DNA from: Lepidodermella squamata
Taxonomy: Eukaryota > Animalia > Gastrotricha
Assembly: GCA_047495785.1 (NCBI GenBank)
Contig: JBLDXI010000043.1
Span: 372,001 to 436,000 of the forward strand
Length of the DNA: 64,000 nucleotides
Direction: 5' to 3'
The translations under genes and the position numbers were made by a program. Shown one piece after another: positions 34,511-46,968 of the stretch. The notes under the pieces were generated by a model that did not search any database, had not been told where the DNA came from, and saw only the letters and a program-made list of their open reading frames with translations. Numbering within the stretch: the stretch's first letter is position 1; each line of letters starts with the position of its first letter.

Positions 34511-37500
34511 CCCAGTCGTAAAAAAATAGATCCTAGCTAGACCCTAACCGCTATTATTGGGTCTATCTGGATAGATCGTGTGGGATGCGAAAAATGACAC
34601 TGGGGTAGATCTAGCTAGCGACTACCTAGACGGCGGACAGATCCTGATAGATAGACCGGCGGTAGATCTAAATTTTCGCGATTAGATCGTGCGTAGATCT
34701 AGTTCATAATACCGGCTTGAACTGCCTGCATGAATCACGGCTTGCCCCAGCTGTTCCTCCACTTGGTTCAGTTACCCTCATAGGAAGCAATTATTCCAAT
34801 AATTTCATTTATTTATTTAAAAACATTAAGCAATAATCAATTCTTATTATCACGATGAAGCAATTGATCAAAAATCACATAAATATTAAAAATAATGTCT
34901 CTCTGCTTGAAATTTCGAGCCGGCTACGACTTGGTTCCTGGAATTGTTGAAATTGAATCGAGTTATTTCGCCTTGTCGTCGTCACTCGTCATTCGCGGCT
35001 TCAGTCAAGCGAAAATCTTCAAACTTCCATCTCTGAAAATAAATTGAAGATGAGAATCGCATTTTTCCCTATAATCAGGGGTCTTACCTGAAATGGGAGC
35101 TCAAATTAAATCGGCGATAAGGCAATTTAGCACGTTATCTTGGCACGGTGAATCTTGGCACCTAAACATTTTTCCTAAAAATAAATAAAAAAATAGCTGC
35201 AAAATTGTCTTACCATTTTCACGTCGATCGAGATTCGGGTTGAAATTCGCCAAAAATTGTGAACCAATTTAGAAAAAAATTAATAACTTGAATTTTTTAT
35301 TATTGCTGATACCATAAAACAAAATATTGTTAAAAATTCATTTTTCTTACCCTCACGATTTCACGGTGGTTGAATTCGACAAACGATTAGTATTCGGCGA
35401 AAATTGCTGAAGCTTCAGGGGAAAAAATAAAATGAAATAATTACATGAGAATTTCAGAAAATATTTTTTGCTAACCAGCCGATAGCCGCAGTTTTTAGCC
35501 ACAATCGCTCGATAATTGTTTCGAATTCCAAATTTTCTTCCTTCTCTGAAAATTGAAAATCAGGAAATTAAAAAAAATTGTTGATTAAAATTGAAAATTT
35601 TGATTTTTGCTTCATAAATGCGTAATTCATCTAAATTGGTTAGCGGAAACTTTCGTATCATTGGTAAACAATCTTGGCCTCAGAAAATTATACGAGAGCA
35701 TTAAAGGTTGACTTTACAAATTATTTCAGGATCCTAATAATTTTGTTGAAATTTCACCAATTTGTTTTGTTTTTGAACTACATTTTACAGGCAGGTAATT
35801 TTCTTACCGCGCAGTTGGTTTTCATACAATCTTGTAACTGAGACTCGGCATTGGATGATGGATGACATACCGATGTCTTCGGCCGTTTACCAGTCAGCCT
35901 TGTGAGGCAGGTTCGACAGGATACTAGCAATCCTATTTGTGGTAGCTTCAACAATTAAGGTGGAATTTTCGGAACAAAAAACAAACCAAGTAGATCACGA
36001 CTGCCTTGTTGACGTGTTGCAGTGTTGAACCTGAAGCGATTTCACAAAAAAATTGAGGTGACGGAACGATCTTAAGTAAAAATAATTATTTACAAAATTC
36101 AGGAAAAAATAGACGGTCATTTCAAGCCTGTACTACGGCCGAATTTCCACGCAGGAAGTCCGCGATAATTGCGATTCCCCATTTCTCGCCCGTGACATCG
36201 GCATGGAAATTGATAAAATTCTAAAAATATGAAATGTGTGGCTGAAGTTTATTTAGCACAGTCGGTTAAATTAGGGTTCGAAAACTAGAAACTACACGTG
36301 GTTTAGCGGTTATGTGGTTTCATAATAAGTTTACTAAGACTATCAACTAAGAGTGTTGAGGTAGCAGCATAGCCTTAGCCTTTAGCATAGCAGTGAAAAA
36401 AGCAAGTCAGCCTCAACAAAATCAAACCAAAATTATGATGAAAAATAACAAATTCGAATTAGGTTGAAGAATTGCGAAATGAGAGATTTATTTCATTCTC
36501 AAAGTAGTTCAGAAATCTGCTGCTGTAACAATGGTGCGTCATAACGACACGTGCTGGACTCAAACCAATTTTGAATCGAGCAAGACAATTTATGACCTGA
36601 ATATTGCCGTGGGTCATCTCTAGATCTATCGCCTTAGATCCATGTGTGTGAAATTGATGAGCTAGAACGTGGCTCAGTTATTGGTCAAGTCAGAGCATCG
36701 CTGCTTGTGGGTCGACCCTGGCTAGATCGATCTGGTTAGATCCTGTTAAAACGACCCTGGCCTACTCCAAGTGGCTAGGCCTGCGTGGAATAATTACATG
36801 TGCTGAATAATGGCGATGGCTTGTCCGAATCTGAACAAAATCTGACCTATTGGCGATCGAGGAGCCTCGATCTATGGGTATAGACGCAATTGACACCATT
36901 CGGGCTGTTTGAATGGTCGCCTCGGTCTAGCTGTGACCTAATTTCTACGATCATAGTTGATAGATCTTTATTCGATCTTAATTCGATCATTCCGCTATTT
37001 CTCGGTCTACTGATTTCCGACTGGGTAATGGTTTTTTCAAAAGCTAGACTGAGGTTGAGTCCTTTCATCGCATCGTTGAAATCTTCGTGGTTCATATTAT
37101 CCATTAGGTTTAGGTTGAAGTCCCCACCTATAATGTGACTCTTTGCTGAAGGAAATCGTTTTTTAATGTGGGTGATCAAATCGTTTAACTCGAAGTAGTC
37201 TTCATCAGTCGGAGGGCCGAATTTCGGCCGGAAAACGCAGGTAACTGCAGCAAGGCCCGATCCTGTTTGTACAAGGCATGTTCCAGACGAAAATCAGTAG
37301 ACCGAGAGCTCAGTAGATCGTACGTAGATCCAAAAGGCAAAATATTCGTCCGATATTGCTGTTTTTCTGAGCTATTGTCGATCTATTAGACTGGATCTAC
37401 GGGCATGGATCCTGTTTAGGTCCTAATTTTACCATTCGATCTACTTAGGGTCGAACCCATACGATCTATCCCAGTGTCAAATTTAGATCCAGCCATGGTC

Positions 37501-37518
37501 TACTTTTTTTCGACTGGG
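34511..37518. mobile_element. 3-kb TIR DNA element inserted into the LINE
   Basis: Termini CCCAGTCG.AAAAAA / TTTTTTTCGACTGGG, dense TAGATC subterminal repeats, and an imperfect 8-bp TSD GTCTGGTA / GTCTAGTT. Confidence 0.75.
36847..37290 (-). mobile_element. LINE APE-endonuclease fragment nested in the TIR element
   Basis: VFRP...HIIGGDFNLNL motif. Confidence 0.65.
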
Positions 37519-37914
37519 GTCTAGTTTTCGATATAAGCATGATCAATTGAAGCTGAATCGACGACATTGTAGGATTTCTTGACAAGCATTCATACTGACG
37601 TCACCACTACGTAAGATGAGCATGAGAATCATTGTTAGGATACCCTTTTTAGAAACAGGGCGGCGAGGATCCAGGGGTTGTGAACAGAAGAAGACTATTA
37701 GGTTTTCTCCTCCGGCGTTCGCTGTCCGCGGGAAGCTGGTTTCAATACTTGTAAAAAACCGACCTGACAGGCTGACGCCGCTTGTTTCACGTTGACGTAG
37801 CAAACTGGCACGCGACCACGCGAAGTTCGTAATCGTTAAATGTTCGAGTTCATAAACGAAAGGTAACGTATACAAGGAAAACCGCCCCGTATTTCTTGGC
37901 AAAGAACACCTCAC
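37519..37914 (-). mobile_element. 5' part of the interrupted L2/CR1-group LINE
   Basis: Reading ...LISKTR joins PESLTMLD across the insertion. ILMLILRSGDVSMN resembles the LLLSGDVExNPGP motif of such elements. Confidence 0.55.
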
Positions 37915-38281
37915 GAGCCTGCCAATCTACCAATTTATCCGCTAGAGATTTCTGCTGCAAATTCAAAGAGACTATTTCAAATGCCATCACTCGCAACTTC
38001 GCGAGTCGCGAGTCTTCGCATTCAAGAGCTTAAATAGGTATCATCATATCTTTTACCTGTTTGAGAGGGTTGCGATGTTGAACTGATGTGTACTTATACT
38101 TCTTGTCATTTTATTTTATTGCACCATCTCCTGTTGGCTTTTAATGCATATCTCGAAAAATCATCTTCATTATTGAATATAGGCGGAATAAAAAAATTAT
38201 AGCAGGTCAACAATAATAACATTAGTCATCACATTTTCAATTTGCTAACGCCTGGCTAGTTACATAAGTATTCGGCTTCTT

Positions 38282-40739
38282 TCAAGTTTCGGTGTTGACT
38301 GTTGTAGTCGAAGATACGTCGTCACCATCGTTTATCCGGCCTGTGATAAGCTGTTGCGTGTCGTGATCTGCCCCGCCAAAGCTCGAGTTATTCTCATTAA
38401 CATCCCCACTTGGCACGTACAACCCGCCAGTTAGTGGCAGTAGATCGGCGTAGCCGGCTTTTGGATAGGCCGGTTCGTGCCCGTGCATCTCGTCCATGCC
38501 TTTCAGTTCATCGCTTTCGTCGATGCGTAACAGCTTAAACCAATGCATGACTTTGAGAACAATGGCTGTGTGGACGAAAGCCCATGAAAAGATAACAGCA
38601 GTTCCGCAAACTTGCCAACCAAGAAACTGAAAGATTAAATAAATAATAATAAATTCAGTATTATTAGTAAAATAGCTTAATTTTTTTAATCGTTATTTAC
38701 GACAAGGCACCAAAACAGTGCGCGAAGTAGGATCCTCGAACTAGGGGTATTTTGTGACCAAAGGGGACCCCTTTGGTTTTTTGGAGGTTTTTCCACTGTG
38801 GCCTGCCGAACGATACCCCTCGTTCTCCCCGCACCAAAATAATGTGAAAAAGATAAGTTGTTGAATCGTGAAAAAGTTGTTTTTGCGAACCGACTGGATC
38901 CTTTTCTGATAAGAATCTTCCTTGACTTAGTATACGGTGAATCACTGAGCAAACAGCTTTTAAATAAATTCTTCGAGAATTATCCTTGATGCTTGAGTAA
39001 TTTCAATCCCCAGAGGGACTTCAAATTGACAAGGAACAGAGGGAATTAATTGAGTTGAATGTGACTCCAAGTAAAAATTTATCAGCTCTAATATATTATG
39101 TGAGGTATTGAGATGACAATTCTTACCAAGCCAGAAGTTGAATCCCATCGATAGAAAACGCCATTCGTTGGGTCCAGAAACGCTGTCAGCAAAAGCCCAG
39201 TTATGCCGCCGCCTAGATGCACGGCTACAGCATCGACAGGGTCATCCAACCGGAACACAGTGACGAACCACGCGATGAACACGCATACCAACCCTGCGAC
39301 GAAACCAACCGCAACAGCAGCCCACGGCTCCAAAACGTCACAGCCAGCGCAAATTGCTACATTCCCAGCTAGAGAGCCACATAACGGTGGTAGCATGAGG
39401 AATTTCTTAGTTTTGATATAGGCGTAAATGCCGGCTGATAGAAAACCAGCCGCGCCTGCTAGCATGGTATTCACAGCAGCTTGGCCGATATGGGTTGCAT
39501 CACCCTTATGGTCGATCCTAAGCTCAGATCCCGAGTTGAAGGCGACGAATTCTGTTGAAAGGATCATACAACCCAGGGCGACGTAGGTCATAGAATGAGC
39601 GACAGGTTCCCATTTTGGGCCGCCGTCCTTCGGGAATCTTCTCAGCCTAGGCCTGAGTAAGATTAGGGCTGCTAATGAAGCGGCTCCTCCAGTTAAATGA
39701 ACCACCCCACTCCCCGCAAAATCCTCAAATCCAACTGACTCAGACGTTGTAGCGTTTATCATCGTTCCAGCTTTAAGCCATCCCTTATTGTTCCAAACCC
39801 AGTGTGAAATGAATGGGTAAGTTATTGAGGACATAGTGAAAGACGAAGCGAGGAAAACCCCGATGTGGGCATGCTCTGCTAGAGCCCCGCTAATGATAGT
39901 AGCAGCTGTTGTGCAGAACGAATATTCGAAAAACCAGAAATTTGCGTTGTTAACAGTTTCAGTTGAGTTGCTCATGCCGACGTAACCGAAGAGTGTTGTT
40001 CCGACAAAGCCGCCGACGGATTTGCCGAATGCAAAGCCGAATCCGGTCAGGTACCAGCCGATAGCAGCGACAAAACCGCAAACGCAGTTCTTCCACATTG
40101 AGTTAGTGGCACTTTTCGCACGAATGCAACCAGTTTCGAGCAGCGCGAAGCCACATTGCATAACTGAAAAGGATGATAAAGCATTAAAAAACATAATGAC
40201 TTCCCGAATATTTTTTAAATTTGTTAAAAAATGCAAATGAGCTCAAAAACGAATAACTGGGAATTTAATCTCCAATTTTTGGTAAATTTCGAAATTTAAA
40301 ACCCGGACAAAATAAAACTGATTTTACCTTCAAATATTGATTCTATTTGGGTTCATTTATACTCATTTGGCTTCATACATCTGGAAAAGAAAAATCGGAA
40401 CTAACTGTGAACCTGGATAGCCATTGAAATGAGGAAGAAAGCATTGAAATTGTCTGTGATAGGATCCGTCAACGGATTCGGCGCCCACAGCGAAAAATGG
40501 CGGGCGCTTTTAGCTTCAGTGTGGGGTTCAGCTAACAAGTCCAGTAAAGCCGTCCGTACTGTTAGGAGGAATTATTGCTATTCAATTGATAACTCATTAA
40601 TCGAATGAAATGAACCTTTTTCTCGATCACTAGCTGTGAGATTTGTGAGGTCCAGATTTATTGCGGAAGAATTGCAGGTTTGCAGCAAAGATAAGAGCAC
40701 GGCAAGCGCTAGAAGAACGTTTGCTTTCCGCGGAATCAT
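38282..40739 (-). CDS. amt: Ammonium transporter (Amt family). Exons 40739-40616, 40558-40406, 40163-39127, 38626-38282
   Basis: MQCGFALLE, HWVW, DFAGSGVVHLTGG, FNSGS, DDPVDAVAVHLGGG and ELKGMD motifs; in-frame GT-AG splicing; N-terminal signal peptide. Confidence 0.93.
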
Positions 40740-42552
40740 TCTGATTGAAATTAGTACGGCCCTAAAAATCGAAAGTTAATCAATCAATTTTGGTTTTTAG
40801 GTTTCTAGATAAAAGATGCTGCCGAAGAGAAGCTTTGAATGCTGACAAAAACTAAGTGCCCATTCCTAAATCAGAAAGCTTGTTACAAAATTATGATAAG
40901 GAGCTCTCACTTTCAAGTTTCGAAAGAAAATATTGACGAGCATGTAGTAATTTCTAAAAGCTTGAATGTAAAACTATCTTTCACATAAATTTTAAGCTAC
41001 ATTACAATATGTAGATTTTTCTAGGTTGTATTCGTCAATATTCGTAGTAAAAAGCCGGTGTGCGCTTGCGTATACACATTCTACAGTATGTGCAGTACTT
41101 AATATAAATGTGTGTGCTATGTGTTTTTTCATATGGATCTACAGGCCCGTAGTAGTAATAATAAAGGATTCTACGCCCAAATGCTGATATACGTGCGAGG
41201 CGAGGCTGTACGCGCTGTGCGATATGAAAGGCCGCAAATTGATTCATGCTTTCGGTACACACCGCTTTAGCATGTGACCACTCGATGTTTTATCATCATG
41301 TCTGGCGCAGATATCAGCGACGTCTCGGTGATGCCGCAGAATCACGTCTCAGGCGGTAAAGTGTCTGAAGAGATAAAAAGAATGATGTATGACTTCGTAT
41401 AGAAAACGATGTATCTCCAGGCTCGATTTTATCGTCTTGCAATGAGTATTGAACTATTTTGGAGAGGCATATCTGCTGCAGTATCCAAAGCTGCAGCTAG
41501 CTACATGGCATCCATTCCATAATTCCGATACAAGAGGGCCTTCAAGAGCTGCCTTATGCACCCTTTTGTGACAGCAAACCAATGCGGTCAAATTGATTTT
41601 GGAATAATGACTAATTCGGAATATCCGAAAACTTGGATGGTTTGAAGCACAGGACTTGTCAAATTCAAATCTTCGGAAATTTTTGAGCGGCCCTTCGCGT
41701 GAAGCCAGGTGCCAGGTTCCTTATTGAAAATATTACAAGTGAAGCTGCAAATTTGATTACACATTGACGAATGTGCGAAATTTTGAAAAAATCAGGCGTG
41801 TTAAGACTCGATGTAAATCTGGACAGATAGTGGATGAGGAAATACTGCTGTCGTTTCATCCCATTCCAAACAGTACCAGCTCCGGGCTATCTTTTTTTAC
41901 ACCAGTACAACAAATATAAGGCCACAACTTCCGTTCCTAAGCATCCGCAGTTTGGTTTTCCCTAAGTGATCGCAGTTCGATGGGGCGTGAGACATGAAAC
42001 GCATTTCAGGATTATTTTTATTATTTTCATTATTTTCTGATGGGATCATTTTTCTTTTCATAATTTTCGTCACGCAGAAATTTGTTTTTGTCTGAAGTCT
42101 GCCCATTGCCCATTGAAGGACGTGATTCACGCTCAACTTCCAGTTAGTAATGTTGGTAATAGCTAGTAATAAGTGAAAGCAGCGTTCTCGGTGGAAATGC
42201 TGACAGTATTTAATGTTTTGGAAACCCATTTTCCACTATTTAATTCAATATATTTATTTCATCGATTTTTTCAATCAACACTAAAACATTAACCTGAAAA
42301 ATAAACTACTCATTCATCAGTTGTGTAGTGTAAAACATGTTTTTTATGCTTCCAAGCACTAGCAAGCCACACTGGACAAATTTTTTTATCGCGTGCCTCC
42401 GGTGAGGCAACTCGCGTCGAAATGGGGCATTTTATACAAAGAAAATTCTTATTTTCTATAATATCAAACACATTTTCTACGAGAACTAATCATTTGGACT
42501 AAACAACTGATACGCAATCTTTTGCTTTTATTCAGAATTCTAGGTTCCTAAA

Positions 42553-43200
42553 ATGATTTTCGGGTTACCTCAGCATGTTTTCTGCATGCAAGCAACTGTC
42601 CTTACTGTTACGACCGTTCTATGGTTCATAATTCGAACTGGCCGTGGTTCAGGCTTGAGCCGTCTCAATTCTCTCGTCGTTTTCCTGTCGATTCTCCAAT
42701 TCACCCACAGCATAACCACGGATACCTACTACATTTACGGCCCGAAGATCGAACGCAACTCAACCTTCCCGCCTGTTGAATCCAGCGATGTGTTGGGCCA
42801 GATTAAACGCCAAGCTGGTCAGTGGTACCACTGGGCTGGGGTGACTATCGACTCGCGGGTCTTCTCCGACCAACATCAGGGCCTACTTCGAGCTGGCATC
42901 GGCTACGGCATTGGCGCAATCGCTAGTTTCCTGTCCCTCCTCACATGGACTGGCCATTGTTCAGTTAATCGATGCGTTTTTGTGACTCAGACAATTGCTG
43001 GGGTCTGGACGGGCGCTCTCTCGTTCATTTTCATCGCCTCTGATTATTTGGATGGGGCGAAGTATGCTGATGTTCAATTGTCTCTCCTCGCCTTTTCGCC
43101 GTCGTTTCTCTTCTGCTTTGCTGCGATTTTCGGCGCCTACTTTGGCCTGACAAGCTGCGACAAAGCCCCAGCAGCTGGCGCTACTAAGAAGAAGCAGTAA
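42553..43200 (+). CDS. Single-exon multi-pass membrane protein (215 aa), possibly claudin/PMP22-like
   Basis: Clean ATG ORF with 4-5 hydrophobic segments and a basic tail; family assignment is tentative. Confidence 0.6.
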   Translation: MIFGLPQHVFCMQATVLTVTTVLWFIIRTGRGSGLSRLNSLVVFLSILQFTHSITTDTYYIYGPKIERNSTFPPVESSDVLGQIKRQAGQWYHWAGVTIDSRVFSDQHQGLLRAGIGYGIGAIASFLSLLTWTGHCSVNRCVFVTQTIAGVWTGALSFIFIASDYLDGAKYADVQLSLLAFSPSFLFCFAAIFGAYFGLTSCDKAPAAGATKKKQ

Positions 43201-43718
43201 ATGAGATTCGTAACGGATTTCATGATTAAATGCTAACTGGATTGTTAAATTTGAAGTTGAATGCGATTATATTTTCGAAGAATCCCAAATAAAGTGAAAG
43301 GTAGCGAGTAGCGATGAAACGTAATATCGAAGCGTTTTTTTTATATCACAGCTCGCAGCTGAGGCGCTGCGACGCGTACTTCGCACTCTGATTTGATGGC
43401 TAACAGTCGGAGCTTGAAAGTTGAAAGCATCCGCGCGCGTGACAGGATTCGCAATGTTATGCGGATCTTTGCAGCGGTGCCTAGAGATGTTGCAACACGT
43501 GATGCGCCTAAACTCTGCGGAAATACAACTCAAGCCACGCATGAAAATCGTCTATTTCGGGGACATTGTCAGTGACACTCAAACATGTGGTAAATAAGCG
43601 AACCATCAAGAGGTTCCTTTTGTTATTCCAAACTTTTGCTGATCACATTCACACGCCTCGTTCGATTTTCAAATTTGATTTTTATTGCTTAATTAATCAT
43701 TTTGTTTACGACTCTTCA

Positions 43719-46149
43719 CTACTCAATTACTGCTTGTCCGACAGAAAAACTCGGAACAATCAAAGTAAGAAAAGTGGTAGCTGAAAGAATCAACGAAGAA
43801 AACGAAATAACAATGTATCGATCGACAAGTTTGTGTAGTACAGCGATAACTAACGAAGTGGACAGTGAAATCATTAGGGCGTTGATTACGCAAACAGAAA
43901 TGTAACTCAACTCAGGTATGTTGAATCTACCAACGATAAGCCGTAGTCTGATTGCAGACAATACACCTAGAATTAGGACTACAAGATTCAAACCGCCTAG
44001 GGATAAAATCCAAGCTAAATCATCCGAGTCTGATTCACAATCGAAAAAGAAACTTTCGATTACTTCATCCTTAGCCTCGACGAATTGGCTTGAGATTTTA
44101 GCCAAGCCGCATGTTAGGACTTGTGAACCCATCCAAATAGCAAGTAGAATGCAATGAATAAAACAGAAAATTGCAACAAATCCAATGCATGATTTTTCAA
44201 TCGATAGCATGTTCTCGATATTATGCTTATTAGAAATTGCAGGGTTCGGAAGTATCGAAGATGCTTGATCATCAACATAAATGATCGGGATATTGAGAGG
44301 TTTAACTAGGCTGTGACGCGATGCACTCTGTCGTAATCCATTTTTTGAGGATTTCCGGGCCGATGAAGTTTTCGCCAGGCTTTGATGCTTAACTTTCAAT
44401 TTAAGGACTGAAAGAGTGAAAGGCCTGAGCGATGCAACGCCGTAGATTAAACTTAGGCCAATAACAAGCAGTATGATTCGTATATTCCAAATAAAGTAAG
44501 GAAATTTCATGCAATCGGTTGAGAAAGAGATTGAAGCTAGATTACAGATCAAACAACCTATGAGCCCAAGATATTTCACCCGAGACATTCCACTAGAATC
44601 CTGAATCTTAGTGATCCGATAAATAGCCGCAGTTTCAACAAATGTTGTCAATGACGCTAGAACAACTACTGAATAAAATATCGAGACAGGAATAGTTTCG
44701 ATAATCTGGATGAATCGAACTTCATCACGGGGTGGTTTAGCCAGCCATATCGGGTCCCTGCGCTTTTTCAACCAATAGCTGTTTAAGGTATATCCAGAAG
44801 CATTGTCGAATTGATGCATTGTGTATAGCGATTGGAGTTTGTTTTCTATGGTCCAGTAACTGATGGTTTGAACATCCGCGTCCACCTCGCCGTATTTATT
44901 GTATCTGAACCTACCCCCTCTTAGCCCGATGTACTCGACTTTGATGGCCGTTTCGTTAGCCAATCGGCTGATGTATTGCGAATGGGTTGTCATGTTGCGA
45001 AGGGAGAGATTCAAAGTCTTCAGCTGCGTTTCAAGTGAGTCAAGCACAATCAGGGTCTGCAACAAGTTATCGTAGCAAAGAAAGCGCCACTCGTAGTCAT
45101 AGGTTCGCGTTGAGTAGTTTGAGTATTGATCGTAAATTCGATCGAAACTGGCTAAATTATGACCAAGTGGACTAGTAATATTTGGATCTGGAGAGGACAT
45201 TACCGCAGAAATCCAATAAGAATACTGAAATGGAAAAATCTAGATTACAACCCGAGAGTTTGGAAAAGCTTACCTTCATCTGCTCGAGAAACGTTGACCT
45301 TGGACAATCGGGCAAAACAGGATCAGGGAGGGATAACGGATCCGCAAAGGTACTACCAATCATTAAGAAAACATATCTCGGCCCAGTTAGTCCGAATTTG
45401 TAAGCTTGGCACAGGAACCTGAATACCAGCCTCGCGATTGTTGTTACAACAGACACAATCCTAACGTCACTCTGTTTCAGGGCCAAGATGTACTCATCAT
45501 CCATGTCCATGACAATGTCAAAATACCCGATAGAGAGGTTGGCAGAGTAAAGGGCGAGATTTTGTAAAATCGCAGCAGTTGTGTAGTCGAAAACCGAGCT
45601 TGGATTGGTTATGATTCCGAATCTTTGCCAGCCACCGATTTTTTGAATGAACATGACCTGAGCCATGGTCAATACTCGACTTGTTGATCTCGTCAGATAC
45701 AAATTCGGATATTTTGTTCTATCAGCCAAAAACGGGGAGGCACACATTGAGATGGTCAACGCGTTGAAGTGTTGTAGAGTTGGTGCCATTGCTTTACAGC
45801 CGCCGGAGAAAATATGCCCTGTTGTGATCGGCGATCGTATTTCGAGTGGCCTATCCCCGTCCTCGAAACTTCGGAAATAGTTGGCAGCTTGGCGAACAGC
45901 TTGAGTTCCAGCTGCCTCGTCTTCATGCTGAATCTCCACGTGATAGTCGGCTAGAATATCGCTGCGGTTGTTAGCAGCGTCAACAGCGATTTTCGCGCCA
46001 AGGTAACAGCCGAGACCTGTTGAAGGCGGATTGCCTGTTATCGCATTGAGCATCAATATCGACAGCCTTTGTTTAGTGTATTGTTGGGATGAAGCGATGA
46101 AAATCGCTAAAATTTGGATTTGTATTGCAGCGAAACGCTTGAAACCCAT
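43719..46149 (-). CDS. GABA-B-like class C GPCR paralog 1. Exons 46149-45274, 45224-43719
   Basis: Signal peptide, Venus-flytrap motifs (AVDAANNRSDIL, SPFLADRTKYP, GWQR, DVRI, FLCQAYKFGLTGPRYVF), PPRD, seven TM helices and a 49-nt phase-0 intron. Confidence 0.9.
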
Positions 46150-46968
46150 ATTGCTTTATTGCTTTATTGCTTTATTGACTTCGATTGTCCTACTGTCCAT
46201 AAGGTGGCGTTGAAAACACTGTCACTTATCATTCACGGACGAATACTGTACATTACTCTATTCATAGGCTTAAAAGCAGGAAGCAGTCAGCGGAGGCTGT
46301 TTGTCTTCAACAGGATTATATCCGCGTCCCAAGTTTCGGTTGATCTTTTACATTTCAGGCAATATGATAGCAATATTTAGGCTCCTCAGGTCACATAATG
46401 ACATTGTGAAATCTCGATTCGATGTCCCTCACAGGTGCCTTGTAGTACCGTGCCCGAGGCTTTCCCCTTATACAACCTGATTATTTTCATTCAACTAATT
46501 ATTCCTAGTTATTTTAAAGAAGGGACGGAAATAAAGCATTTCGCTTCGTAATAATTGTTTTTAGAATATTGATTGTTGGCTGACTGACTTCATTATGTCG
46601 CTTCTATTAATTACACAGCCAAATCGGCCGACATACCCCGCCTCGCAGATCTAAAATATGAGGATAATAGCGGAGTTCCCAGTTTAAATTAAATGTCAGC
46701 TTGTCCCCGGATCGGAAAGCGATCACTCTCGGCAACGTAATGCGCGTCAAGTGGTGAGCCGTCACGATTTTGAGTTGATTCCATCGATTTTAATCTTGGC
46801 TAAGAAATTGCAGGATTATAACAAATACGCGTTTTTTAATGAATCTTCAAGCAGGCGTCCAAACGTCACATTTTAACCGGGATTTTTCCGAGAAGAAATC
46901 TTCGAGTGAAACATTCTCTTCGGACGATTAGAGATTAGATGTACATTTTTTAGTAACGGGTCACGGGA

